A program made the translations under genes and the position numbers. The notes under the pieces are model-generated. The model did not search any database, was not told where the DNA came from, and was given only the letters and a program-made list of their open reading frames with translations. A DNA stretch of 39,499 nt. Origin: a virus. Its lineage: Duplodnaviria; Heunggongvirae; Uroviricota; Caudoviricetes. The stretch is from IMG/VR virus record IMGVR_UViG_2563366900_000004; one strand, 5' to 3'. Of the stretch, positions 30,364 to 39,253 are shown one piece after another (the first letter of the stretch is position 1; each line of letters starts with the position of its first letter).

Positions 30364-31307
30364 GCAATCCCCCTGTCTGCAAACTTCCCTTCCCGAACTC
30401 CCGTTAACGAATCTTCCCTCAGCAGGTAATCAAAATCTGCCGTCCAGCCCGTGTCGTTGTCTCCGAAGTAAAACGGCTTGGCCTGATGCACAAACGCCCT
30501 GACATACGCTCTGAAACCGTCCACGTTTGGCGTTTTCAGTTGCGGGATGATTTTCTTCAGGCGGCGTTTGCGTTTCTCGTTGACCGCAACAGCGTGTGGA
30601 AGCCTGTCACCGACTTCGGTGTTGTAGGCGTTCAGGAAGGATTCGTAGTCGATTCGTTCTGCCTTGCGACGTTCAGGTTTAACCTGCCCATCGCCTCCCC
30701 CATTGGGGGGTAGGGGGGTATTATTTATATTCTTGTTAATACCTTCTTGTTCATGATGTGCGGTTGTTTGTGCGGCTTCATGTGCGCTTTCATGTGCGGC
30801 ATGTACGCTGAAAGCCGCGCCATTACTGGCTTCATCATGTGCGGCATCATGTGCGGTTGTTTGTGCGGCTTCATGTGCGGGGGAATTGTCCATTTTTTGA
30901 GCGTATTCATGGTAATTTGTGATGGTGATCACACGACCTTTTTGCTTCTCTCCATCAATGGAGATCATCCCCTCTTTCACAAAAACCTGAAGCATCCGCT
31001 CAACCTGATCACGGCTTGCCGGCTTGCCATGCCTGTCGCATAACTGAAGACCTAAATCAGCTGCTGTCACAACCAGTTGACCGGGTTGCAGATGCCATTC
31101 ATGACCTTTGAAATTCGCTTTGTATGGCTTTCTGGCGGCATTCAGGAGAAGGTTTTCCCACAGGGTGCGAAGATAAACATCTTTCGCCCATGACTGTTTC
31201 AGAATGCTCCGGTACAACGGAATGTAACCAGTTTTCTGGTTCTCCATCCTGTTGCTCCTGCGCTCGTGTGCGGCGCTGAAATCGTAGATTTTTGCTGTAT
31301 TGCTCAT
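30360..31307 (-). CDS. replication initiator, lambda O-like N-terminus with internal origin iterons
   Basis: 315 aa from ATG at 31307 (MSNTAKIY.F, compare lambda O MTNTAKIL.F); the track start at 31310 is GTG. Confidence 0.8.
   Translation of the reverse strand: MSNTAKIYDFSAAHERRSNRMENQKTGYIPLYRSILKQSWAKDVYLRTLWENLLLNAARKPYKANFKGHEWHLQPGQLVVTAADLGLQLCDRHGKPASRDQVERMLQVFVKEGMISIDGEKQKGRVITITNYHEYAQKMDNSPAHEAAQTTAHDAAHDEASNGAAFSVHAAHESAHEAAQTTAHHEQEGINKNINNTPLPPNGGGDGQVKPERRKAERIDYESFLNAYNTEVGDRLPHAVAVNEKRKRRLKKIIPQLKTPNVDGFRAYVRAFVHQAKPFYFGDNDTGWTADFDYLLREDSLTGVREGKFADRGIA
30721..30885. repeat. putative replication origin: about 8 copies of TGTGCGG iteron core within two roughly 31-bp direct repeats, flanked by an AT-rich segment
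   Basis: Direct repeats at about 30756-30786 and 30850-30880 inside the O-like gene; AT-rich block 30721-30745; encodes an [14 protein letters not shown] linker. Confidence 0.6.
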
Positions 31308-31309
31308 CA

Positions 31310-31582
31310 CTACCTGCCTTGACGAAAGACCTTAAGAACATCGTTAAACTGACTTACGGATATGTCTTCTTTGATCAGCTTTTCCAGAAATGCGTTTGGA
31401 ATGAACGTATATCCCTCCTCTTTTGGTAGAGACGGGAGCAACGCCCTCGCCTCAGCCTTCAGAAGCTCAGTTCTGGCAACTTTCACAAAAGAGATTTGAG
31501 TTCTTTCATCAATGGAACGAAGGAAGCGCAAACGCTTAGCTTCTTTGTGTGTATCAGGTGGATTAAAGCCTTTGTTTCGCAT
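31310..31582 (-). CDS. hypothetical protein between cII and the initiator
   Basis: 90 aa from ATG at 31582 (GAGG RBS); the track ORF extends upstream across cII in another frame. Confidence 0.45.
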   Translation of the reverse strand: MRNKGFNPPDTHKEAKRLRFLRSIDERTQISFVKVARTELLKAEARALLPSLPKEEGYTFIPNAFLEKLIKEDISVSQFNDVLKVFRQGR

Positions 31583-31604
31583 ATAATTACCTCGTTGGAT
31601 GTTA

Positions 31605-31898
31605 TTAAAATTCCATTTGTATTTGATCAGAACGCTCGGTTGCCGCCGGGCGTTTTTTATTGGTGAGAATCGAAGCAACTTGTCGTGCCAATCGAGCCAT
31701 ATCGTCGTCAACGACGCCCCATTCAAGAACAGCAAGCAGCATTGAGAACTTTGGAATCCAGTCCCTCTTCCACCTGCTGATCTGCGACTTATCAACTCCC
31801 ACAGCTTCCGCTGTCTTCTCAGTTCCAAGCATTGCGATTTTGTTAAGCAACGCACTCTCGATTCGTAGAGCCTCGTTGCGTTTGTTTGCACGAACCAT
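31605..31898 (-). CDS. cII: transcriptional activator CII (lambda type)
   Basis: 97 aa from MVRANKRNEAL...; essentially identical to lambda CII. Confidence 0.9.
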   Translation of the reverse strand: MVRANKRNEALRIESALLNKIAMLGTEKTAEAVGVDKSQISRWKRDWIPKFSMLLAVLEWGVVDDDMARLARQVASILTNKKRPAATERSDQIQMEF

Positions 31899-31977
31899 AT
31901 GTAAGTATTTCCTTAGATAACAATTGATTGAATGTATGCAAATAAATGCATACACCATAGGTGTGGTTTAATTTGAT

Positions 31978-32009
31978 GCCCTTTTTCAGGGCTGGAATGT
32001 GTAAGAGCG
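31978..32009 (-). promoter_or_regulatory. nutR (boxA CGCTCTTA and boxB GCCCTGAAAAAGGGC)
   Basis: Both elements read directly on the minus strand immediately downstream of cro. Confidence 0.7.
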
Positions 32010-32017
32010 GGAATGTC

Positions 32018-32233
32018 TTAAGCGGCTTTGTGTTCCGGAGGGAACACGTCATCAAGACTGACTTTTGCGCCTAACTTGTTTAGGCATGCAACAAGAGCGC
32101 GGCATGTTTTAAGGTCTGGGAAGCGACGACCAGATTCCCAATGTCCGATAGCTCCCTGTGTGCATCCAACTGCCTTAGCAAGTGTTGTTTGAGAGATATT
32201 CAGTGACTCTCGATATTTTCGTAGGTTGCTCAT
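32018..32233 (-). CDS. cro: Cro-like HTH repressor (XRE family)
   Basis: 71 aa from ATG at 32233 with GGAGGG RBS; divergent from cI. Confidence 0.7.
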   Translation of the reverse strand: MSNLRKYRESLNISQTTLAKAVGCTQGAIGHWESGRRFPDLKTCRALVACLNKLGAKVSLDDVFPPEHKAA

Positions 32234-32345
32234 ATGCCCTCCATAGTAACCATGAAACAATAATACGATATGTACTTTTAGAATGCAAACAAAAAAATAC
32301 ATCTTGTGCATGGATGGTTTTAGTACAGAGCGTAATAATAAGGGT
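32234..32345. promoter_or_regulatory. OR region: PR (minus strand TTGCAT-17 bp-TATTAT, about 32260-32288) with candidate operators about 32265-32279 and 32321-32335
   Basis: Promoter hexamers seen; repeated AGTACA-N3-CGTA-type 15-mers also occur at pL. Confidence 0.5.
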
Positions 32346-33005
32346 ATGAAAATGAAATGGTATGAACTGGCTAGATCCAGAATGAAAGAGCTCGGCATAA
32401 CTCAAGAGAAGTTAGCTGAAGAGCTTGGTATGACGCAGGGTGGAATTGGTCACTGGTTGCGCGGATCTCGTCATCCATCTCTTGACGAGATTGGTGTGGT
32501 GTTTAAATACCTTGGTATTGATAATGTCTCATTCAACCACGACGGTACATTTTCACCTGTTGGCGAATACTCATCTGCCCCCGTTAAAAAACAATATGAG
32601 TACCCTGTTTTTTCTCATGTTCAGGCCGGGATGTTCTCGCCTGAGCTTAGAACCTTTACCAAAGGTGATGCGGAGAGATGGGTCAGCACAACCAAAAAAG
32701 CCAGTGATTGTGCGTTTTGGCTTGAAGTTGAAGGTAATTCCATGACCGCGCCAACAGGATCCAAGCCAAGCTTTCCTGACGGGATGTTAATTCTCGTTGA
32801 CCCTGAGCAGGCTGTTGAGCCAGGTGATTTCTGCATAGCCAGACTTGGTGGTGACGAGTTTACCTTCAAGAAACTGATCAGGGATAGCGGTCAGGTGTTC
32901 CTACAGCCACTAAACCCGCAATATCCAATGATTCCATGCAATGATAGCTGTTCCGTAGTAGGGAAAGTTATCGCCAGCCAGTGGCCTGAAGAGACATTTA
33001 GTTAA
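32346..33005 (+). CDS. cI: CI repressor (distinct HTH N-domain fused to lambda-type S24 self-cleaving C-domain)
   Basis: 219 aa from ATG at 32346; C-terminal about 130 aa nearly identical to lambda CI, N-terminal DNA-binding domain unrelated to lambda CI. Confidence 0.85.
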   Translation: MKMKWYELARSRMKELGITQEKLAEELGMTQGGIGHWLRGSRHPSLDEIGVVFKYLGIDNVSFNHDGTFSPVGEYSSAPVKKQYEYPVFSHVQAGMFSPELRTFTKGDAERWVSTTKKASDCAFWLEVEGNSMTAPTGSKPSFPDGMLILVDPEQAVEPGDFCIARLGGDEFTFKKLIRDSGQVFLQPLNPQYPMIPCNDSCSVVGKVIASQWPEETFS

Positions 33006-33037
33006 CAGCCTCACCACTCTAAAACACACAACAATAA

Positions 33038-33065
33038 CCCGACCTTAGCGTCGGGTTTTCTTTTT
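33038..33065 (+). terminator. intrinsic terminator after cI
   Basis: CCCGAC-CTTAGC-GTCGGG hairpin followed by TTTTCTTTTT. Confidence 0.55.
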
Positions 33066-33130
33066 CCAAAATATAAACCCATTAAATACAAAGCGTTATA
33101 AAAAACCAATTATATTTAGAACATTTTGTA

Positions 33131-33159
33131 TTGACTCGATAAAGTACAAATCGTACTAT
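33131..33159 (+). promoter_or_regulatory. pL (TTGACT-17 bp-TACTAT) with operator candidate AGTACAAATCGTACT in the spacer
   Basis: Hexamers and spacing seen; operator 33143-33157 is palindromic at its ends; a related site lies at about 33086-33100. Confidence 0.55.
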
Positions 33160-33199
33160 TTAGCCATCAGCAGGACGCACTGACCACCATGAAGGTGAG

Positions 33200-33229
33200 G
33201 CTCTTAAAAATTAAGCCCTGAAGAAGGGC
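33200..33229 (+). promoter_or_regulatory. nutL (boxA-like GGCTCTTA and boxB GCCCTGAAGAAGGGC)
   Basis: boxB hairpin identical to lambda nutL; boxA differs at its first base from CGCTCTTA as I recall it. Confidence 0.7.
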
Positions 33230-33427
33230 AGCATTCAAAGCAGAAGGCTTTGGGATTGGATGAATGAGCAGGCTGATGCTCGACCAATGTATAAACAGCG
33301 CTCATGGCAAGCAGTAACCAATCTGCGCCTCAAGACAGCGTCACTGGTAGTGCGGGCGCTCTAACCAGTAAGCCGGGGTTCAGCGCCGGCCATCCAATCA
33401 CCAAAGCTAACTGACAGGAGAATCCAG

Positions 33428-33754
33428 ATGGATGCACAAACACGCCGCCGCGAACGTCGCGCAGAGAAACAGGCTCAATGGAAAGCAGCAAATCCCCTGT
33501 TGGTTGGGGTAAGCGCAAAACCAGTTAACCGCCCTATTCTCTCGCTGAATCGCAAACCGAAATCACGAGTAGAAAGCGCACTGAATCCGATAGACCTTAC
33601 GGCGCTGGCTGAATACCACGAACAGATTGAAAGCAACCTGCAACGTATTGAGCGCAAGAATCAGCGCACATGGTACAGCAAGCCACGCAGTGAAATGGGT
33701 GTGACTTGTGTTGGTCGCCAGAAAATGAAATTAGGCAGCAAACCACTTATTTGA
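33428..33754 (+). CDS. N: antiterminator N (lambda type)
   Basis: 108 aa; arginine-rich N-terminus MDAQTRRRERRAEKQAQWKAAN essentially identical to lambda N. Confidence 0.9.
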   Translation: MDAQTRRRERRAEKQAQWKAANPLLVGVSAKPVNRPILSLNRKPKSRVESALNPIDLTALAEYHEQIESNLQRIERKNQRTWYSKPRSEMGVTCVGRQKMKLGSKPLI

Positions 33755-33762
33755 GGTGATAT

Positions 33763-34026
33763 ATGGACAAGAAAATTAAATCATTGAAGCCAGGAATTGT
33801 TATCAGAGACATAAGTGGTGATTACGATACAGAGACATATGATATTTTATATGTGCATGCAGATGGAAAATGTCAGTATTCGAACGACATTTTTAATAAT
33901 AAAGGTGGTGCCGAAATTGCTGCCACCACAGTTAATAAAGAGTTAGTAGCTAACGAGTCGTGGGATTATTTTATGCCATCATCCACTTCTATGAACTGGA
34001 AAGTGGTTTTGTACATTCCATCATAA
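33763..34026 (+). CDS. hypothetical early-left accessory protein
   Basis: 87 aa; ATG with GAGGTG RBS; AT-rich; followed by its own terminator. Confidence 0.5.
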   Translation: MDKKIKSLKPGIVIRDISGDYDTETYDILYVHADGKCQYSNDIFNNKGGAEIAATTVNKELVANESWDYFMPSSTSMNWKVVLYIPS

Positions 34027-34068
34027 TTGTAGCTGCCGTTCAAAAATGAAAGTAAATCTAACATCACA

Positions 34069-34093
34069 GGCCGCATAGTCGGCCTTTATTTTT
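34069..34093 (+). terminator. intrinsic terminator
   Basis: GGCCG-CATAGT-CGGCC hairpin followed by TTTATTTTT. Confidence 0.5.
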
Positions 34094-34103
34094 AAGGTGC
34101 TAT

Positions 34104-34346
34104 ATGAAAATTAAAACTATGGGCGCAAGCCCATTGAGCGGTCGTATTTTTCAAGGAACATTAAACACTGAAAAAGGAATGTGGGTAGGAAAGAAAGAAG
34201 ATGTCACCGAGCAAGCGGTTAAGGCAGTAGCTGAACACCTGATGATAAAAGACCAGAAATACGCATACGAAACGAAGGATGGCAAATGGCTGATAATAAG
34301 CCATCAACTGGTTGATAAATTACCAGAAGAGTTTATTGCTGGTTAA
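34104..34346 (+). CDS. hypothetical early-left accessory protein
   Basis: 80 aa; ATG with AAGGTG RBS. Confidence 0.5.
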   Translation: MKIKTMGASPLSGRIFQGTLNTEKGMWVGKKEDVTEQAVKAVAEHLMIKDQKYAYETKDGKWLIISHQLVDKLPEEFIAG

Positions 34347-34473
34347 ATTCACCTTGGAACAAACAACAGAATAAACACTGCGCTGTGTATTCATTCCAAC
34401 GAGTGAATACACGGAGCAATGTCGCTCGTAACTAAACAGGAGCCGACTTGTTCTGATTATTGGAAATCTTCTT

Positions 34474-34497
34474 TGCCCTCCAATGTGAGGGCCTTTT
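34474..34497 (+). terminator. intrinsic terminator (tL-type)
   Basis: GCCCTC-CAATGT-GAGGGC hairpin followed by CTTTTT. Confidence 0.5.
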
Positions 34498-34564
34498 TAT
34501 ATGCATACCAATAACGCTTCACTCGAGGCGTTTTCGTTATGCAATCAAACAGAAGGAGCATCCT

Positions 34565-34735
34565 ATGCAACAGTTCGCTATTGCAGGGGCGGCATCGGTT
34601 CGCCCTTTCAACCCGATTTTATCGGTACAGCATTCACGAAAAAACATTTTAACCGGAGCAGACTTTAAACAACCAAGAATGAAAAGTTTGCTCGAAAAGC
34701 TTTGGGATATTTTGAAACAACAAGGCCGTCCATGA
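34565..34735 (+). CDS. CIII-like small protein (possible FtsH inhibitor)
   Basis: 56 aa from ATG with AGGAG RBS; MQQFAIAG start and SLLEKLWDIL helix loosely resemble lambda CIII; the track ORF start lies inside the upstream terminator. Confidence 0.4.
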   Translation: MQQFAIAGAASVRPFNPILSVQHSRKNILTGADFKQPRMKSLLEKLWDILKQQGRP

Positions 34736-34839
34736 GTTTTACGGATAACTGGTCAGACGAAGAATTCATTCGTCAGATGAACAAAATGCTCAATCAGCAC
34801 AAAGAACAGGAGAAAGATGATGATTCTGACTCTGAATGA
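34732..34839 (+). CDS. possible small acidic ORF (35 aa)
   Basis: ATG overlaps the preceding stop (ATGA); overlaps the next gene by 23 nt; weak support. Confidence 0.25.
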   Translation: MSFTDNWSDEEFIRQMNKMLNQHKEQEKDDDSDSE

Positions 34840-35128
34840 TAAGCGTGAAATATCGCAAATAATCGCAAGTTTTACTGATGAAGATTACGAACGAATTAAC
34901 AGTGAAGTTGATCGCCTCTGCAAACGTTGCGACCCAATAAGCGAAATGCTTCGCTCATATAAACCAGATGAACACACTAAGGACGCTATCGACTGGCTGG
35001 AAGATGATGACTGTAACTATCAGGAAAAAGCCGCTGAATGGTTCTGGTATGCAATAACCGAAAGAGTTAAGGCTGAATATGCCTTCGCAATATTTAAACG
35101 CAGACACATTTTTGGAGAAGCAGCATGA
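34817..35128 (+). CDS. hypothetical protein immediately upstream of recT (position of a Gam/Abc-type recombination modulator)
   Basis: 103 aa; AGGAG RBS 4 nt upstream of ATG; ATGA overlap with the recT start. Confidence 0.5.
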   Translation: MMILTLNDKREISQIIASFTDEDYERINSEVDRLCKRCDPISEMLRSYKPDEHTKDAIDWLEDDDCNYQEKAAEWFWYAITERVKAEYAFAIFKRRHIFGEAA

Positions 35129-36036
35129 GCAATATCGTTGAATTCGTTAAACAGCAAGAGCAGTTATTCTGCGGAGCATTGACTGAACAGACGGTGACAT
35201 GGGCTAAGGAAAGCCAGTTTGCAATTCAGTATTTCCAGAAAAACGATTACCTGGCTAAAACAGCACTGGCAAATCCAACCAGCGCACAGAACGCCATCAT
35301 CAATGTTGCGGCGATCGGCATCACCTTAAACCCTGCAAGCAAACTGGCTTATCTGGTTCCGCGCGATGGCATGGTTTGCCTTGATATCAGCTATATGGGA
35401 TTGCTCCATATTGCAATGGAGTCTGGTGTTATCTCATGGGGTCAGGCAAAACTTGTTCATGCTAACGATACCTATGAGTCAAACGGGCTTGATAAAGCAC
35501 CAACCCATAAATACAACGCCTTCGGTGATCGTGGTGATATCGTTGGCGTTTACTGCACAGTTAAGACGCCGGCAGGTGATTATCTAACGGAAGAGATGAG
35601 TCTGGCTGAAATTGAGGCTGTAAGGAAAACAAGCAAGGCAGCATTCAGCGATAAAGGACCATGGGTAAATCACTGGAATGAGATGGCGCGAAAGACGGTC
35701 GTAAAGCGTGCAAGCAAGTATTGGCCTAAGGCATCACGTCTTGATAGTGCTATTCACGTACTAAACGAAGAAGAAGGTGTATGGACTGAACCAGTTATGC
35801 CGCACAAATCAGAGGAAGATATCCGCGAAGATGAACGGAAACGCCAGCAGGAAATAACGGATAAAGCACAACTTCTTTGTGATGAAATGGCTCAGGCAGA
35901 AAACATGGATGATTTGAAGCGATATTTTGCAGAAGCATATCGCCTGACATCTGGAATGAAATTGCAGCAGAACATACAAGCCATTTACATAGAATGCAAA
36001 GCGAAACTGGAGGTTGCCAGTGAGCAAACTGTATGA
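35125..36036 (+). CDS. recT: RecT-family single-strand annealing protein
   Basis: 303 aa; GPWVNHWNEMARKTVVKRASKYWP matches the conserved RecT core. Confidence 0.85.
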   Translation: MSNIVEFVKQQEQLFCGALTEQTVTWAKESQFAIQYFQKNDYLAKTALANPTSAQNAIINVAAIGITLNPASKLAYLVPRDGMVCLDISYMGLLHIAMESGVISWGQAKLVHANDTYESNGLDKAPTHKYNAFGDRGDIVGVYCTVKTPAGDYLTEEMSLAEIEAVRKTSKAAFSDKGPWVNHWNEMARKTVVKRASKYWPKASRLDSAIHVLNEEEGVWTEPVMPHKSEEDIREDERKRQQEITDKAQLLCDEMAQAENMDDLKRYFAEAYRLTSGMKLQQNIQAIYIECKAKLEVASEQTV

Positions 36037-36502
36037 AATAGCTAATGAATACGCAAAATTGATGGATTCAGATTTAGAACCAGAGATGATTGCTGACACA
36101 ATAGAAGGCATGGAAGGAGAATTTACCGATAAAATAGAGCAACTTCTCGCCATTATTAAAAATGAATCTGGTTATGCTGAACGCCTCAAGGAAGAGGCAA
36201 AGTCACTAAATGAGCGAGCCGCAGTAATTCAAAATAAGATTGACAGCATCAAATCATATATAGCGTCATCGCTTGAAATGGTTGGCAAGAAAAAGATTCG
36301 AGCAGGTATTCACCAGGTAACAATCCGCAAACCGTCAGAAACTGTAGAAATCATCGACTCAAGCGCCCTTCCTCCTGAATACGTTGAGTTTGAAACGACA
36401 ATTAAAGCCGACAAGTTGGCAATCAAACACCAACTAAAAGCAGGAATAAATATCCCCGGTGCTCAACTCAAAGTTGGGAAACCTTCACTTCTTATCAAAT
36501 AA
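36020..36502 (+). CDS. Gp157-family protein (commonly paired with RecT/Erf recombinases)
   Basis: 160 aa from GTG at 36020 with GGAGG RBS; the track start at 36014 is TTG. Confidence 0.5.
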   Translation: MSKLYEIANEYAKLMDSDLEPEMIADTIEGMEGEFTDKIEQLLAIIKNESGYAERLKEEAKSLNERAAVIQNKIDSIKSYIASSLEMVGKKKIRAGIHQVTIRKPSETVEIIDSSALPPEYVEFETTIKADKLAIKHQLKAGINIPGAQLKVGKPSLLIK

Positions 36503-36513
36503 CGATATCGCCT

Positions 36514-36828
36514 ATGAAAAAGACTCCTTGGGAGAAATGGGAAGTCGATTTCTTGCGCGAAGTAGCGGCAACAATGCCAGTTGAAGTTATCGCTGAAAAA
36601 CTGGAAAGGACTGAAAAAGCAGTAATGGCGAAAGCAACAAGGATTGGCGCTGACATTGTTAGCCGACTTCGTGGAAGACGCTGGACAAGAGCCGAAGTAT
36701 CACTTTTCGGTAAGTTCTCCGCAGAAGAAATAGCAATTGCAACCTGCCGCTCAATTTATTCAGTGAGAGCTATGCGATACAAGCTAAAAAAACTCGATGA
36801 AGAAAGAGCAGGCATACGAATAAATTAA
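36514..36828 (+). CDS. hypothetical protein with two tandem W...EE(I/V)A helix repeats (possible DNA-binding)
   Basis: 104 aa ORF, ATG start. Confidence 0.45.
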   Translation: MKKTPWEKWEVDFLREVAATMPVEVIAEKLERTEKAVMAKATRIGADIVSRLRGRRWTRAEVSLFGKFSAEEIAIATCRSIYSVRAMRYKLKKLDEERAGIRIN

Positions 36829-36844
36829 CATGGAGTAATTAACA

Positions 36845-37126
36845 ATGAAGCTAAACATCGACCTCGGAAAATACGTTATTACCGGAACCAAACACGACCT
36901 GATTCTTAGCGAAAGAGGAATTATCAAAGAAGGCGAGAATGCAGGGAAAGAAACACTAAGCCGTATCGGTTATTACAGCAAGTTTGAGCATCTGGTTAAA
37001 GAATTATGCAACCGTGAAATCCTGTTATCTCAGGCGCAGACGCTACAGGATATTCAGCAACATATCGAGAATTTAGGTGTGTCACTTAGCATGGCTATTG
37101 ACCAGTTCGTGGAGAGTAAATCATGA
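36845..37126 (+). CDS. hypothetical protein
   Basis: 93 aa ORF, ATG start. Confidence 0.5.
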   Translation: MKLNIDLGKYVITGTKHDLILSERGIIKEGENAGKETLSRIGYYSKFEHLVKELCNREILLSQAQTLQDIQQHIENLGVSLSMAIDQFVESKS

Positions 37127-37287
37127 GAGGACTTGCATACAATCCCGGCATTCTTCCGGCAGAAATGATTATTCGCCAACGCGTAAAGCCAATGCCATCG
37201 AGAGAGGAATTGCTTAAGAGAAATTCTTTTCCATCAGTGAATCAAAACAAATATCTGAATGCGATGTGGCGGAGTGGGAAGAAATGA
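37123..37287 (+). CDS. small hypothetical protein (54 aa), translationally coupled on both sides
   Basis: Below the track cutoff; ATGA overlaps at both its start and its stop. Confidence 0.4.
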   Translation: MRGLAYNPGILPAEMIIRQRVKPMPSREELLKRNSFPSVNQNKYLNAMWRSGKK

Positions 37288-37871
37288 AACAAATGTCACT
37301 AATTGAGATGGATGGTTTTCTGAAAGGTAAATGCATCCCAAGTGATTTAAAGGTTAACGAAACAAACGCTGAATATCTGGTGCGTAAATTTGCTGAAGCG
37401 GAGGCCAAGATTTCGGCTCTGTCCGAAGACCACCAGAAAGCGATTGAGTCAATTAAGCAGGCTGATGCAGCTGTTAAGTTGGCACACGAGAAGTTTTCGG
37501 CGCTGGCGGCGGAGAATGCGGCAATGCATGAAACTATTGAAGCCGTTCGCAGTGTTGCGGATAACTCCAGTGGAATTGCCGGATGGCATTTGAATGGCGA
37601 TATCGCCACATGGGAAGAGATTCTTCCTGAAATTAACGATATCGAAACCCCAGCCACCGACTCTTTCCTGTCGGAACTGCGGGCACAGGGCGTGGATGCT
37701 GCTATAGAAGCTGCAAAAAATCTGGTGGCCCAAGAATATGAGTATAAGGATTTCAAAGCGGCGCAGAGTGATTGCTGTATGCACCCTGGTTCAGACCTGG
37801 TAGGGAAGGTTGAAATGACTGAGTGGTTAGTTGACTTTGCTGCCCAGCTTCGCAAAGGAGGCAATCAGTGA
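37284..37871 (+). CDS. hypothetical protein
   Basis: 195 aa from ATG at 37284; the track start at 37266 is GTG. Confidence 0.5.
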   Translation: MKQMSLIEMDGFLKGKCIPSDLKVNETNAEYLVRKFAEAEAKISALSEDHQKAIESIKQADAAVKLAHEKFSALAAENAAMHETIEAVRSVADNSSGIAGWHLNGDIATWEEILPEINDIETPATDSFLSELRAQGVDAAIEAAKNLVAQEYEYKDFKAAQSDCCMHPGSDLVGKVEMTEWLVDFAAQLRKGGNQ

Positions 37872-38440
37872 GCGAAATTAATTACCAGGCACTGCGTGAG
37901 GTGGCGGAACGTGCAATTCCAGCAATGGAACGCCTGTTAATGTTGCCAGTTGATGATGATTTGTTAAGTGAACAGGAACTTAAGGATTACGGTGTGGATA
38001 TTGATGCGCTCAACGCCTTCAAATTTCTGACCGGACCAGAAACCGTGCTGGCGCTGCTGGATGAACGGGAAAGAAACCAGCAATACATCAAACGCCGCGA
38101 CCAGGAGAACGAGGAAATTGCGCTAACGGTAGGGAAGCTGCGCGTTGAGCTGGAAGCTGCAGAGAAGCGCATTGCAGAACTGGAAGCCGAACCTGTAAGC
38201 CAAACTTACAAGTTGAACGAGCTGTCGGGCAACTATCCGGTAACTCCGGATGGTTGGATAAGCTGTAGTGAGCGAATGCCCGCTCAAGATGATTGGATTT
38301 TAATTTATTCAAAGCACGGCGAGTATATGGCAGGACAGGTACAAGGGGAATACGTGGAGTTGAGCGACGGCACTTTATCGTGGTTAGGGAACGCCTTGTA
38401 CTGGATGCCTCTACCAGAACCGCCGCAGGAGGCGAAGTGA
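37868..38440 (+). CDS. Ead/Ea22-like protein with DUF551-type C-terminus
   Basis: 190 aa; N-terminus [15 protein letters not shown] and C-terminal ...YWMPLPEPP are typical of this prophage family; GTG start with AAGGAGG RBS. Confidence 0.5.
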   Translation: MSEINYQALREVAERAIPAMERLLMLPVDDDLLSEQELKDYGVDIDALNAFKFLTGPETVLALLDERERNQQYIKRRDQENEEIALTVGKLRVELEAAEKRIAELEAEPVSQTYKLNELSGNYPVTPDGWISCSERMPAQDDWILIYSKHGEYMAGQVQGEYVELSDGTLSWLGNALYWMPLPEPPQEAK

Positions 38441-38724
38441 TGGACTCCTTCGCGAAATATACGATTATTGACTGGATAGCATTCATTCAGGTTTTGCTCA
38501 TCTGGTTTTATATGGCTTACAGGAGTGGACAGTGGATTGTCAGTGTAGCCTGTAGCAATGGATGGCGTTGGTGGAACCGAAAGAATAAAAAAGCGCTGGC
38601 CTTGGCTTCGTTTTACGAAGCATTCAATCTTAACAGTCTTCAGCCTGGTTCTGTCGTTGTAGTCACCACTCAAAGCGGCATGACGATACAAATTCACAAG
38701 CCAAAGGAGGAAGGTCGTGGCTAA
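38440..38724 (+). CDS. hypothetical protein with hydrophobic N-terminal segment
   Basis: 94 aa from ATG overlapping the preceding stop (TGATG). Confidence 0.45.
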   Translation: MDSFAKYTIIDWIAFIQVLLIWFYMAYRSGQWIVSVACSNGWRWWNRKNKKALALASFYEAFNLNSLQPGSVVVVTTQSGMTIQIHKPKEEGRG

Positions 38725-39001
38725 CCTGCAACTTGCCGTTAAAGGTGAATACTTCGATGCCATGATTCGCGGAGAGAAAACGGAAGAGTATCGCCTGTGT
38801 AATGACTACTGGAATAAGCGAATTATGTTCCGCGAGTATGACCGCCTGATTATCACAAAGGGATATCCGAAGCGCGACGATTCCAGCCGCAGAATTGACG
38901 TCCCGTATGACGGATATGAAATCAAGACAATCACACATCCGCACTTCGGCGATAAACCGGTAAAGGTGTTCGCTATAAAGGTGAATATCGACAATGAATG
39001 A
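38717..39001 (+). CDS. hypothetical protein (possible ASCH/PUA-like fold)
   Basis: 94 aa; GTG start 6 nt after AAGGAGG; fold assignment is tentative. Confidence 0.45.
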   Translation: MANLQLAVKGEYFDAMIRGEKTEEYRLCNDYWNKRIMFREYDRLIITKGYPKRDDSSRRIDVPYDGYEIKTITHPHFGDKPVKVFAIKVNIDNE

Positions 39002-39073
39002 TAATCCTCGCACTCGCGGGGATTTCTTTTATCTGAACTCGCTACGGCGGGTTTTGTTTTATGGAGATGATAA

Positions 39074-39241
39074 ATGCACTTCCGAGTCACAGGTGAATGG
39101 AATGGAGAGCCATTCAACAGAGTTATCGAAGCAGAGAACATCAACGACTGCTATGACCACTGGATGCTGTGGGCGCAGATAGCACATGCAGACGTAACTA
39201 ATATTCGAATTGAAGAACTGAAAGAACACCAAGCCGCCTGA
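39074..39241 (+). CDS. small hypothetical protein (55 aa)
   Basis: Below the track cutoff; ATG with GGAGA RBS; ends at a terminator; preferred over the overlapping track ORF 38994..39182. Confidence 0.45.
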   Translation: MHFRVTGEWNGEPFNRVIEAENINDCYDHWMLWAQIAHADVTNIRIEELKEHQAA

Positions 39242-39253
39242 TGGCGGTTTTTT
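39233..39253 (+). terminator. putative intrinsic terminator
   Basis: CCGCC-TGAT-GGCGG hairpin followed by TTTTTT. Confidence 0.4.

Noticed and set aside
30725..31043. His/Met/Lys-rich ORFs on both strands (30725..30910 minus, 30747..31043 plus)
   Set aside because: Produced by reading the origin iterons in alternative frames within the initiator gene; low-complexity artefacts.
31310..31891. 193 aa minus-strand ORF spanning cII
   Set aside because: It runs through cII in a different frame; only the downstream 90 codons from ATG 31582 are plausibly a separate gene, and cII itself is the 97 aa ORF at 31605..31898.
38994..39182. 62 aa plus-strand ORF (MNDNPRTRGDFFYLNSLRR...)
   Set aside because: Overlaps a better candidate in another frame (39074..39241) that has an RBS, protein-like composition and ends at a terminator.
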